IMG/VR virus record: IMGVR_UViG_3300033070_001583
Location: 1 to 64,000 of that record
Length of the DNA: 64,000 nucleotides
Source of the DNA: a virus
Lineage: Duplodnaviria; Caudoviricetes
Direction: 5' to 3' (one strand)
Each line of letters opens with the position of its first letter. Position 1 is the first letter of the stretch. The notes beneath the pieces were generated by a model. It was not told where the DNA came from. It ran no database searches and saw nothing but the letters and a program-made list of their open reading frames with translations. This document shows positions 9,823 through 20,485 of this stretch, one piece after another. The translations under genes and the position numbers were made by a program.

Positions 9823-11595
9823 TAAGATAGTTTCCTGCGTCGAATTGAAAATTGGCTTCGTAACATCTTTTAGGGTTATCTTTACATCTGCCGATTTTTG
9901 CACGTCTGTGTTCACAAACGAAAGCGTGTATGATGTTCCGGCGTTTTCTGTCGACCAAGCTTTCAAGTCATTTCCCTGCACGTCTGTCACTTTTGAAATC
10001 TTCGGGCAGAGATACAGATTGAATGATCCTTTTCTCTTTATCTTAACAGAATCTATGAAAGCATCTCTGTTGAGGAAAAAATTTGGATATGCTTTTGGAG
10101 CTCCAGAACGTGAGACATAACGTTTTATGACTTTCCTCGTCATTGAATCGATCTCTATCTCATGCTGTACTGAGTATCCAGAGGTGATCCCATGCACGTC
10201 GATTGATACAACTGCATACGTGTAGATGCTAGACGGTTCGAATTGGCCGTCCTTTGCGAGATGAGGACCCTTGAATTCTGTATCGATCCACATCGTTACA
10301 GGGGAACTCACTTTCTTCACAAATTTGCTATCTGTACCCTCTGGATTCGTAGCATAATGCGGGCCATGATCGTACTCTTGCATGAGAGTGAATGGCTCAT
10401 TAATATTCGAGCGTCGAAACACTTGGAATCTTGAAATATCTCTCTGAGGATTGTACGGGTAATCCCATGTCAAAACAAGTCCACCAGCATCGGGATCCCA
10501 GATGAATTGTAGATCACCCGGAGGAGGTGGCGGTACATCCTCTGTCGTAAGCACATCTGTATAGACAGGACGAGATGATACAAATAGCTTCGCTGATTTT
10601 TCAACGCCCTCGACCGTCACGGCAACTGTTGCCTTTGCGATCGCCCTCACAGAGTACGTGTATGTAACTCCGTACTTGATTCCTGTATCGAGATAGGTGC
10701 TTATTCTCGATCCATTGATTATTCTCGAGAATATTTCCTTGTACTCTACTCCAATTTTTTCGTATTTCGAAAGAATATATCCAACCACCTGAGATTCCAG
10801 AATCGAATCTGAACTCTTTCTTTTTAGACCGTATGCTGGCTCTCCAAGATGCACTGGTGAGACATCGGCGCGTGATTGATTTGTGTTCAGATCGTACTTA
10901 CTCGTTATTGATTGCGTTTGCTCTCTCAATTTATTTGGATCGAGCATGATGGCTGCAGACAGAGCAGAAGCGTGTTCTTTCTTTACGATGAACGTCAGTT
11001 CTGGAGCATCCTCGGGCCGTGCAAGAACACCGTGAGAGGCTGGACCGGAAGATTTGCCACGATCTAGTTCTCTTGGTGTATCTCTGAATGAAATGTTCGA
11101 ATTTGTACGTCTATCTGACATGTAGTCAGTTATGAATGTCTGATCAACACCAGATCTCGTCGAGATATCTTTTGAAATATCTCGACGAGATGTTTTATTC
11201 TCCGTTTGAACAGACAGAATCGATCCAGAGACGACAGAGCGTACTTTTATGTCGAATTCAGGATCTCTAAAGCCAACATGAGTAAAATTTCCACTGCAAA
11301 CATCATCTTCGTAAACAATGCTATCTTTATGCTTGTCTAGTTCTGGATCTGCACGACCTGAGCCAGCAATCGCAGACCATGAGATGAGTACAGTTCTAGG
11401 AAGTCTTTTATTTGCATAATCTACAGTGCTAACGTCCGGGGCAACTGACTTGTATTTTTTGTTAAACTGAGTCGATTCAGAATCGTTCGTCAACTCATCT
11501 TCAGCGAAGTAGTTGTAATCGAAAGATGCTGTGAGATTATCTACTTCGGGAACATCGAATACAGCAACTCTATCTTTTGAAAATACGATCGTCAT
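9823..11595 (-). CDS. Virion protein with FnIII/Ig-like domains, 590 aa with TTA stop
   Basis: PPPPPGDLQF...LVLTWDYP...FQVFRR...YTYAVVSID is FnIII-like. Ends ATC TTA TCT TAG. Confidence 0.55.
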
Positions 11596-14500
11596 CTTAC
11601 AAACTCTGCTGAAATTGTGTATGTCTCGTATGAGACATCTCCTGGGATTGTTCCAACTCTAACTGTACCATCTTTCGATATTTCAAGCTTACCGCTTTTC
11701 ACAAGATGATCCATGTCAGAGTCAGATATCTTTGTCTTCGTCTCATCAACAACGAATTCGTTAGGATCGACAATTATCGAAAAGACTCTGTCGAATCTTG
11801 ACGCAACGAAGTATCTCTTAAGAAAATTCGTTGCGTCAGTGTGCTCACCGAATCTGTTGAATCTTTCCAAAAATTCATTTACGTTGTTATCAAGATCGTT
11901 GCTTGCAGTACCGCCTTTATCAAGAACTTTCTTTTCTGCTCTTGAAACAGTATCTTCTGTTATTTTTGGGGTGGGGCGGTCAGGAGGAGAAGACGTATTT
12001 TTGACCTTTTCAGAATTCTCACGCTCGGTAACTGATTCTTGAACGTAAGGAATGATCTGAGATGTTTTTGAAATATCTGGATATTCGTCTTCATTGATGT
12101 CTACACCAATCGTCATCGAAACGTAGTACCTCAATTCGATGTCTTCTAGATGAGATCTCATCAGTGAATTTTTCTCTTGCTGCGATAGAAATCCGTACGA
12201 TTGATCTGAGAATGCACGATCTCCGGCCGTGACAAGCTTTTTACCAGTGTGCGAAACAGCGAAGTCAGTTGTTTGAACATCATTTGGTGATTTGCTTCTT
12301 TCAAGAAACTCCCAGTCAACGAATCTTGACAACTCGTATGTTCTATAGAGTGGCTTGAATACAACGTTAGGAAGTTCGAGATCAGTTCTTGTTACTGCTA
12401 TTCTGATGATATCTTTCTGATTCTGTCCCACTCTTCCACTCTTATCTCTGTCTGAATTCGCGGAGAATTTTGAAAATCCTCTTGGAAATCCAATCTGCAT
12501 CAGTCTCGCATTATCCGCAGTCGGGTGTCTCCTGATGGGCTGCTTTGCTTGCAAAAGTGCAAAATCAAAATCTTTTGGATGCGTTTCTTGAATAATGACA
12601 GGTGTCGTGCCAGAGTCTAGTCTCATTCTTACGGCATAACGATCAAATCTCTCTCTCACCAGAGAGATTTGCTGTTCATCGAAAATCTTGTAAAATCCAT
12701 CCGCGCCGATTGTGTCGACAATTTTTTGGAATTCTTTCTTGTTATTTCTAAAAGTTCCGATTGCAAGATTGATCGAATCCAAAACAGTATTGATGCAAAC
12801 AAGAGGAAAGATATGATGAGCTATTTCTCGAGTTTTAAGCGTTTTGATGTCCTGAAGTACATTCCTTCTGCTCGAAGTGATGTCGAATTTTGGCTGAGTA
12901 ATCGAGTAAACAGTTGTATTCTGATCTACGGGCTTCTCTTGGGCTGGATTGTAATTGTTCTTCTTCTTTTTCTTTGACTCGTGAGCATTTTGATCGGCTG
13001 CGGTCGTTGGAGTTTTCTGAACCGTACCTGCAATGTCAGAACCAACATGGGTACTCACGAATAGCGCGAATGCGTAAAAATATGCAGACGCCATATCAAG
13101 ATCGCTCAGATAACCAAATGCAGTCCTACGAGTTTTCAGAAGAGCCGTCGAAGATCTCTCATCTCCATCAAGTTTCTTGATGAAATCTCGTACGAGCTCG
13201 CATGCAGTAAAGAAGATTGGAGACTTCACGTCTGCAAGACTTTCCTTTAGAGCTACGTCTCCGATTGAATTGAGAACACTACCAGAATTTCCAGCAGAAT
13301 TTCCTCTATTTGCCTGGACATACTCTGAAACGCGTGTAACGATGGAATCAAGAAGCTTTCCGGCAGCAGCAGACGTTGTTGATGTAGAAAGTGCTTGATA
13401 TCCCGTCTGCTGCTGATTCTGTTGCGTTGTCTTATCAGAAAAATTGCTAGCGTATATGCTGAGATCTTCGTATGAACGGATCACTGTGTACGTGCAGAGC
13501 ATTGCCAGCAATTTTGGATCCTGTGTTGCGAGATTGAACACTGCGCAGAGCGGATCAGATATACTCTTCTTTGCAAAATTTGAGACAGAGTAGCGATCTA
13601 GATCATCGTCAGGGAGCTCAGTTGTCTTTCCCTGCAACTCTTCGGGTCTAACAAGCAGATGCAATACGAAATCGTTATAAAGATCAGATGCACTCTTGTG
13701 TCTGTTCTTTTTCAGTTTTGTTGTGAACACATCAACTTCTGCGCAGTGAGCAACGAATGCATCTTGTACAGATTTGATATCGTCTCTGTACGCTGAGACA
13801 TTATCATCTTTTGTGATGCCGGCAAATTGACTAATCAGAGAATCTGTGTAGTAAATCGGTGCAGGAGTAAGATATCCACCCGCGACTGACTGGTAATCTG
13901 ATTCGAATGCTGCAATTCCAACTTTTGCCGTAGGTCTCAGCGTGATTGAATCAAGAGCCTTAGAATTTACAAATGAGTTTGTATAGCCAACGAAACTTTC
14001 AGAAACACCAGTGACTGCCTGCGGGAAGTTTTGATTCCCAGTTTGCTGAGCTACGAAATTGAAGTCTGATTGTAGTCTCGTTGCATTTTTCCCGTCAAGA
14101 ATAAGACGACTATATTTCAATTCTTTTTCGATACCAAACAGAATTGATGCAATTTTCCTCTGAGAAGAGAATTTCGTATATGCATCCTGAATTGTAGAAA
14201 TGCTCGAAAGGAATGGCGAATAAACTGACTTGATGTTTGTCTGTCCATTCAAAATCGATATCGCGTTCTGAATCGAAGGGCTTGCTATGAATTTCAGTTT
14301 GTCATAGCAGTCTTGGGTCTCTATTGACGGATCACGATCCTCGAGCCATGCAAATGCTCTCCTTGTGTCTTTCCTTCCTATTTCCTGTGTCAGGGCTGAG
14401 AGTGATCTGCGATACACTGCAGTGCCTGCCGAGTCGCTTGGTACGCTTGATATCCAGTTTGAGTATAGAACTCTAAGATTTCGTACGTTTCCGAGATCTT

Positions 14501-15176
14501 TTATGATGTTAGCGATTGCGTTCTTAAGAGTTGTACCTCTTAGCTCGACGTTATCTTCTAGAATCGAATACAAAGTATCATCGAGATCGATCTGCTGTTC
14601 CATCAGATTTTGGATATTGTGACCGATTCTTGCCTGGGAGAGAGAAATTGCAGATACGCTCAACACGTTCGAGAGTTGCTTTCCTGTTTCGATCGCTCTT
14701 TGAAATCTCTCTCTGTCGCTTCGAACTATATTTGCAGCAGCTTCGCTATACTTTGAGTGAGACTTGTCTGCCTCTGCACGAGACCACCTTGTAAATTTCA
14801 AGAGATTCTGTTTATCTCTCAGGTATTTTCCAAAGAGTGTCAAGTTTCCAGAATCAGTATAAACTGGTCTGTATTTTGCAAGATATATGATCTCTGGCAG
14901 TATCTGTGATGTCGAATCGACAGCACCATACGTGCTAAATGTTGATTGTACCCTCGGCGGATCCTGTGAGGGTTCAGGAATGAGATCTTTTGGACGGATA
15001 TCTGGCTTCTCTGCTGTTGGTGCAGGAATTCCTTCTTTATTTTTACCCTTCGCCTGTGCAGATGTACCGTCTTTCACTTTCTTGGGAGGAGGCTTCTTTG
15101 CGTCCTGTTTTGGAGGCGAGCTCTGAGTCGGTTGCTGATTGATTTTTGTCGATACATCGCTGAGTGGTTTCTTCAT
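11592..15176 (-). CDS. Large hypothetical, probably virion, protein (1194 aa)
   Basis: Long ORF inside the structural block, ATGA-coupled on both sides. No recognisable catalytic motif. Confidence 0.6.
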   Translation of the reverse strand: MKKPLSDVSTKINQQPTQSSPPKQDAKKPPPKKVKDGTSAQAKGKNKEGIPAPTAEKPDIRPKDLIPEPSQDPPRVQSTFSTYGAVDSTSQILPEIIYLAKYRPVYTDSGNLTLFGKYLRDKQNLLKFTRWSRAEADKSHSKYSEAAANIVRSDRERFQRAIETGKQLSNVLSVSAISLSQARIGHNIQNLMEQQIDLDDTLYSILEDNVELRGTTLKNAIANIIKDLGNVRNLRVLYSNWISSVPSDSAGTAVYRRSLSALTQEIGRKDTRRAFAWLEDRDPSIETQDCYDKLKFIASPSIQNAISILNGQTNIKSVYSPFLSSISTIQDAYTKFSSQRKIASILFGIEKELKYSRLILDGKNATRLQSDFNFVAQQTGNQNFPQAVTGVSESFVGYTNSFVNSKALDSITLRPTAKVGIAAFESDYQSVAGGYLTPAPIYYTDSLISQFAGITKDDNVSAYRDDIKSVQDAFVAHCAEVDVFTTKLKKNRHKSASDLYNDFVLHLLVRPEELQGKTTELPDDDLDRYSVSNFAKKSISDPLCAVFNLATQDPKLLAMLCTYTVIRSYEDLSIYASNFSDKTTQQNQQQTGYQALSTSTTSAAAGKLLDSIVTRVSEYVQANRGNSAGNSGSVLNSIGDVALKESLADVKSPIFFTACELVRDFIKKLDGDERSSTALLKTRRTAFGYLSDLDMASAYFYAFALFVSTHVGSDIAGTVQKTPTTAADQNAHESKKKKKNNYNPAQEKPVDQNTTVYSITQPKFDITSSRRNVLQDIKTLKTREIAHHIFPLVCINTVLDSINLAIGTFRNNKKEFQKIVDTIGADGFYKIFDEQQISLVRERFDRYAVRMRLDSGTTPVIIQETHPKDFDFALLQAKQPIRRHPTADNARLMQIGFPRGFSKFSANSDRDKSGRVGQNQKDIIRIAVTRTDLELPNVVFKPLYRTYELSRFVDWEFLERSKSPNDVQTTDFAVSHTGKKLVTAGDRAFSDQSYGFLSQQEKNSLMRSHLEDIELRYYVSMTIGVDINEDEYPDISKTSQIIPYVQESVTERENSEKVKNTSSPPDRPTPKITEDTVSRAEKKVLDKGGTASNDLDNNVNEFLERFNRFGEHTDATNFLKRYFVASRFDRVFSIIVDPNEFVVDETKTKISDSDMDHLVKSGKLEISKDGTVRVGTIPGDVSYETYTISAEFVR

Positions 15177-17323
15177 AATTCAGCACCAACTATTACAGGT
15201 TCGGTTCTCACTTCTTTTCCCAACTCGTAGTCATCATAAACAGGTCTCAGACCGAAGATCATCTGACCGACATGATCGTCAGATATTACAATATCAAAAC
15301 TCTGTTGGAGATTCGACGTAGCTGATCCAATCAGTTCCCTCAGCCCTCCGTCGTATCTGTATATTTGAATGTGATCGATGAATCTTGATCGAGACGTATT
15401 GCTTAGTTCCCACGAGATTGTAATTTTCTTTTTCTTCACCACCACGCGGGATGACAAAATTGTCGGTCTGATATCTGGAATAGTGATTTCGAAGTACTCC
15501 TCTTGACCGACCCTTCCGTATTCGAATTGACTCGAGCCAGAATTTTTCGATCTAGTGGCTGCAGAGGCAATCGCTCCAGTTCTCAGTGTAGTTGGATGCA
15601 GATGCACAGACGGTTTCTGCTTGTACACTCTGCCTCTGTACGTTTTCTCCACCTCTAGTGTATCGTAAAGCGTTGATGCATCTCTCAACATTGGACAAAT
15701 AGAGTACACATACTTTCTACCAGCTTTCAGTGGAGAGAGCTGTAGCTTTGCCGCAAGCGATTGATCGTCAAACGTTCCACCCGCGATTATATCGAAACAA
15801 GCTCTCTCTCCAGTGAGACAATCTACTCTTGTAATGTCATAAGCAATCAGCTTTTTTAGCTTATCGCGGTCAGACATGGACTCGTTTTCGTATAGAGTAG
15901 ATTTTCCCTGCTGGGCAATCAGTTGCGCAACAATATCGGATTGGTTTTGTTGTATCTCTATTGAAACGTCGAATGTTACATTCGGTCCAGATTCAAGAAT
16001 ATCTGCTTTTTCATTTTCGACCCTGATATCAAGTTTTGTCTCAGGTACTGGAAGATGATAGTGCGGATAGCTTCCCGCAGTTCTCATTACTCCATTCACA
16101 GTGTAATACCTGATTGCATACTCGTATGAATTCCACTGCTTGACATTCGTATCGTAAACAGATTCGTGATACGAAAAATCGCTGACAGATCTAAATTCAG
16201 AAACATATTCGAATTGATCTATCGAATTTAGTTTCCTCTTCACGATAGCAAATGAAACTGCAGATTTAGGGAGTCTAAACGTGTCAATTCTCACCCCTAG
16301 CGCGTCGTATTTCACCATGAACGACGGCTCAGAATCCTGTACATCGGTCGATATAACGCCACTACCAAAAATATTTTTCTTTGAACCTGCATAACCAACT
16401 GGTACGGCTCTGTATATCGTTCTTCCGTTCGAAACCGCTGAAACGATGAATCTAGCCATCCCATTCACGGCTGATTGCGACGTTATGAATGTGTAATCGC
16501 TCGCCTGGATGTCATCGAGTTTTCTAGAATAGAGCTCAAAACTTTCGATATTCTCTCTCTCTTTTGACGTGACATTTATTACGTGATCGCTTCCAATACG
16601 TCTAACGTCTACTGTAGGTTCAAGCTTAGGAGAAAGAAATTCAACGAGAGTAGCTTGGTGATTCACAACAATCTCGTATGAGTCTACGACGACGTTTCTA
16701 TCGTCCTTCGCGGAAATCGATATTGTAAAAGATTCCTTCCCATACTTGTAAAGTCTGCAGTGAGCGATTTTTGTCGTCTTTTCGTCTAGTACTGACACAT
16801 AGTGATCTGGTTCAAGATCAGAAGCGCTTTTTACTGAAACTATATTTGCAGACGTAACTGCGTCATCAATTCCTGCGAGACTTATTAGAGACTTTGGTCC
16901 GGTCGGAACAACACTTGTACCCTTTCTCGCAGCTGCAATCGAGATAATTTTCTTTGATGAAAACGTTGATTTTGCAGGATCAATCTGTGAATCGATTACT
17001 TTTTTTGAAAGGAGAGGATTGTTCTGTATCTCATACGATGCTGATGTCACCGGAAATGTGTGAGTCAACTGAAAATTTGCTGGTAGCTCTGCGGCTTGTG
17101 TTGCTTTGTAAACTTTTTTTGTGATTGTTTCAACAGAGCACTGTCTCTTCTCGTCTCCTCCTATGATCTCTGCAGAAATAGTACCTGTAAACTTCGAAGC
17201 ATTCGATAGCTTTACGTTCAACGAGTAAACCGTAACATCACGAGAGCGATTATACGATTCAATCTCGTAAGAATCTTCGTCGATCACAAAAATCTGTTGA
17301 CGCTTAATCTTTATGGGAATCAT
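15173..17323 (-). CDS. Virion protein with beta-sandwich/Ig-like repeats (716 aa); second half of the 999-aa track ORF
   Basis: ATG at 17323, three nt after an in-frame TTA. Beta-rich pattern with YEYAIRY and YVYSICP motifs. Confidence 0.6.
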   Translation of the reverse strand: MIPIKIKRQQIFVIDEDSYEIESYNRSRDVTVYSLNVKLSNASKFTGTISAEIIGGDEKRQCSVETITKKVYKATQAAELPANFQLTHTFPVTSASYEIQNNPLLSKKVIDSQIDPAKSTFSSKKIISIAAARKGTSVVPTGPKSLISLAGIDDAVTSANIVSVKSASDLEPDHYVSVLDEKTTKIAHCRLYKYGKESFTISISAKDDRNVVVDSYEIVVNHQATLVEFLSPKLEPTVDVRRIGSDHVINVTSKERENIESFELYSRKLDDIQASDYTFITSQSAVNGMARFIVSAVSNGRTIYRAVPVGYAGSKKNIFGSGVISTDVQDSEPSFMVKYDALGVRIDTFRLPKSAVSFAIVKRKLNSIDQFEYVSEFRSVSDFSYHESVYDTNVKQWNSYEYAIRYYTVNGVMRTAGSYPHYHLPVPETKLDIRVENEKADILESGPNVTFDVSIEIQQNQSDIVAQLIAQQGKSTLYENESMSDRDKLKKLIAYDITRVDCLTGERACFDIIAGGTFDDQSLAAKLQLSPLKAGRKYVYSICPMLRDASTLYDTLEVEKTYRGRVYKQKPSVHLHPTTLRTGAIASAATRSKNSGSSQFEYGRVGQEEYFEITIPDIRPTILSSRVVVKKKKITISWELSNTSRSRFIDHIQIYRYDGGLRELIGSATSNLQQSFDIVISDDHVGQMIFGLRPVYDDYELGKEVRTEPVIVGAEL

Positions 17324-17326
17324 CTT

Positions 17327-18172
17327 TAACTCACTGAATTCGAGACAAAAAATACGAACGAAATTGTTGCAACCATTCGCGTCAGTGAACGTTTTCCCTA
17401 GGAATACAATCAATGGATTTTCAGAAAAGACTCTTGCCTGGAGCTTCGAGATATCTCCTCCGGAGTACTCGTAACTCTGCATGATGATATTTCCCTCAAC
17501 TGTTGTCGGATCGAATACGATCCGTTTTGAAGGATACGATTTCATCTCCAACCTAACATCTTTGACTGTTTTCTTTCTTGTCGCCTCGCCACTCGGTTTG
17601 TAAACACCTAGCTTGTCTCCATCGCGATCAATTGGTGGCATGTAACTGAAGTTATCGAGTGTTGACATGTCAGGATCTTCAAAGAGAGAATCGTGATCTT
17701 CAATCTTTTCTACTACGTTGTAACTTACTGGGCTCTCTTGAGTAACTGTGAACGAAACATTAGACGGACCTGCAGCAAAGCCATCGTCTCCAAAATCTTT
17801 GTTGACTGTCATCAAAATTCTTTGACGAGAGAGATTGACAGATGGCAACGCTGTCAGTTCATCAGTAATCGAATCGAGAGATCCTGTACTAAAGATTCTC
17901 GATCCAACGAGGTTAAACGTCTCTGACTTCAACGGAGCAAGCTTTCCGGAATCGTCTGACTCTAGAGTCACGAGATCGTGCGGAGAGCTGCCTTGTTCTA
18001 TGAATGCTAGACCTGCTACATCGTATGAGCCAGATACTGGAGCCGAGTAAACAACTCCGGTATCTGTCACGCTGGCATAGGAAATTTTGAAGGTACCAGC
18101 AGCAAGCTGCTTTCTTCCCTCGCTTGTTATTACTACATCTGCGATCTGAGATGCTGGATCAAGAATTCCCAT
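17327..18172 (-). CDS. Virion protein, N-terminal paralogue of 9091..9807 (281 aa, TTA stop)
   Basis: MGILDPASQIADVVITSEGRKQLAAGTFKI resembles MGLIDNSTNSPILDAVLTDAGRALIAA. The only in-frame TTA of the 999-codon ORF is at 17329..17327. Confidence 0.65.
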
Positions 18173-18181
18173 GTACTCATA

Positions 18182-19564
18182 TTACAATATCTCGCTCGCA
18201 AGAGTTGCAAGTTCTGAACGTACTCCTCTTATGAGAGATGCATGGGCAGAGATCTTCTTCCCTGCGAATCTGTCTACGACAATTGAAAGACCGCACGTTT
18301 TTGCATTCACGTGAGGATTATCAATCTGAGACATGTCTCCCATGAGAATTACCTTCGTGCCCTCTCCAGCTCGCGTGATAATTGTCTTGAGCTCGTGAAT
18401 TGTCAGATTCTGTGCTTCGTCGACAATGAAATACGAGTTTGTAATAGATCTTCCACGTACGTGTGAGATTGCTGCGATTTCGATTGTACCGTTATCAATC
18501 ATCAGATCCACGTAGGGGTCACCCGTTGTTACCTGAGAAGAGATACCATACGAGTTTTTGCCGTCCCTTCCAGACTTGGTCTGGCCACCTTTGCGTTCAT
18601 TCTTGGAAGAGTTCGGAAGTAGCTGAACGAGGTTATCCTTGATCGATCCAATCCAGGGCATCATCTTCTCCTCGATTGTACCCGGGAGGTACCCAATGTC
18701 TTTTCCAACGGGAATGACCGATCTTGTCACAATGAGCTTCTGATATACAGCTTTCTCGCCATGAGAAAACTTGTTCAGCTGACCTAGGCCGGCCGCTAGG
18801 GCAAGAAGAGTCTTGCCAGATCCAGCGGCTCCAGTCATCAATACAAGAGAGACATCTGGATCCGTCAAAACATCAAGAGCGTACCACTGCTCTTTATTCT
18901 GACCGGAGATATTGAACACCTTTTGCTGTTTGAGCGTTTCTAGCTTCCCATCTTTCCATCTGCAAAGCATCGTAGCAGAATTTGCTTCGTTGATCGCAGT
19001 CACGAAGTCATTTCCAACTGTCTCAATCGGCCAGTTTGAAGTGTCGAGAAACTTCTGTCTGCACAGAGTTTCGAACTCAGTCGGCGCAAGAAAAACGCTA
19101 TCGTCAGCTTTGACTGGAGTTGGGTCTTTCTTGTAAACGCCAGTTGCACTTTTGAAATCCTCAGATGTGATTCCAAGAGCTGCTGCCTTGACTCTAAGGT
19201 TCGCATCTTGGGTTACGAGGATAGGACAGTCAATCCCTGATGTTATTACAGCTTCAATGATCTTGTTGTCATTTTTCGTAAAATCAAGCTGATTCTCATC
19301 AAGCTGCTTTCTTTGAGTAAGAATGAACCTAAGTTTTCCACCTTCCGGAGTTGTAAGTTCACTTCTATTTTTCCCACGTGTGAGCTCATCAAGATTTCTG
19401 ATCACTGTGCGAGCCAGCAATCCGACATCGTCTTGCCGCGATTTCAAGTGATCGAGCTCTTCAATAACAACAAGAGGAATGTATACGTCGTGCTCTGCAA
19501 AACACGCATATCCCTCAGGATTAGTGATGAGAACGTTTGTATCGAGCACGTAATTTTTCTTCAT
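18182..19564 (-). CDS. phoH: PhoH-family ATPase with N-terminal PIN domain
   Basis: YVLDTNVLI (PIN), GAAGSGKT, RGRSI, IVDEAQN, GDMSQID. Confidence 0.92.
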   Translation of the reverse strand: MKKNYVLDTNVLITNPEGYACFAEHDVYIPLVVIEELDHLKSRQDDVGLLARTVIRNLDELTRGKNRSELTTPEGGKLRFILTQRKQLDENQLDFTKNDNKIIEAVITSGIDCPILVTQDANLRVKAAALGITSEDFKSATGVYKKDPTPVKADDSVFLAPTEFETLCRQKFLDTSNWPIETVGNDFVTAINEANSATMLCRWKDGKLETLKQQKVFNISGQNKEQWYALDVLTDPDVSLVLMTGAAGSGKTLLALAAGLGQLNKFSHGEKAVYQKLIVTRSVIPVGKDIGYLPGTIEEKMMPWIGSIKDNLVQLLPNSSKNERKGGQTKSGRDGKNSYGISSQVTTGDPYVDLMIDNGTIEIAAISHVRGRSITNSYFIVDEAQNLTIHELKTIITRAGEGTKVILMGDMSQIDNPHVNAKTCGLSIVVDRFAGKKISAHASLIRGVRSELATLASEIL

Positions 19565-19583
19565 CCTGCACAGATCATACGAT

Positions 19584-19847
19584 ATGGTTGATGATTGTGT
19601 TATGAAGAAACTTAATGTTTTGAATCAGAAGTGCTACGAACTCGTTGCAGAACACTCAGTTCCCTGCAATCGGAAATCGTGTTCTGCATGGGTTAAAACA
19701 GAAGAGTACAAGAATTGCTCAATTCTTGCGTCTGAACGTAAACACACTCTAGAAGAGATCAGTAATATGTTTGATATCTCACGTATGAGAATCTGTCAAA
19801 TCCAATACGATTCAATCAAACAGATTCACTCTGCACTTCAGATGTTA
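19584..19847 (+). CDS. Stand-alone sigma70 region-4 HTH with Cys-rich N-terminus (87 aa, TTA stop)
   Basis: HTLEEISNMFDISRMRICQIQ matches the sigma4 pattern TLEEIG..F.VTRERIRQIE; four Cys upstream. TTA at 19845. Confidence 0.75.
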
Positions 19848-20130
19848 CCTCTGGTAGAGGATTCTTGCGTGGCCGGCCGCCACGCTTCTTTTCAGGAGCT
19901 GGTGGTGGAGCTGGGAAATCTTCACGCAAGATAGGATGAGACGCCACGTCAACTAGTAGTGGCTCTTCAACGAAAGCTGGCTGTGATTGCGCAGCCGGAA
20001 CACTCTCGGCTGGTACGGATGATCGTACCGGCTTTGGCTTCAGGCTCCCTGTTTTGTGATCAAGCACATTCTCTTCTAGATGCGAGAGGCCTGCTTGTTC
20101 AATTTCTGCTATTACTGCACGATTTGCCAT
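19816..20130 (-). CDS. Pro-rich small protein with an AT-hook-like motif
   Basis: PAPPPAPEKKRGGRPRKNP near the C-terminus. Confidence 0.55.
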   Translation of the reverse strand: MANRAVIAEIEQAGLSHLEENVLDHKTGSLKPKPVRSSVPAESVPAAQSQPAFVEEPLLVDVASHPILREDFPAPPPAPEKKRGGRPRKNPLPEVTSEVQSESV

Positions 20131-20140
20131 GCAGTAATTA

Positions 20141-20485
20141 TAAGTCTTGTTTCTTTTTCTTTTTCGCTATTCTTGGATGACGACCCTTTGTTCTCCGCTC
20201 TGCAATGTCGTCTTTCAACGTAAGAGCGTCTTTTCTCATCACACCAATGTATTTTGAGAGATTTGCAAGAACGCGTCTGTATCTTACGATCGTGGGTATA
20301 TCGCCTCTTCCATTAAGAGAAAGTACAACAAGACGTTTTACTTCCCTTGCTGTTTGAACAAGCTTCTCGGCCTGCTCCAGTGCATGCTCTGCTAGAGCTG
20401 TATCAATAGGCGGCTGAGTGTCATAGAACGTTGGATCCGGATCTTCTTCTTCGACAATCTCTTCTTTTGGATCTTCATTTTCCAT
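20141..20485 (-). CDS. Hypothetical protein, acidic N-terminus and basic C-terminus (TTA stop)
   Basis: Ends CAA GAC TTA TAA; start overlaps the ClpP stop. Confidence 0.6.
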
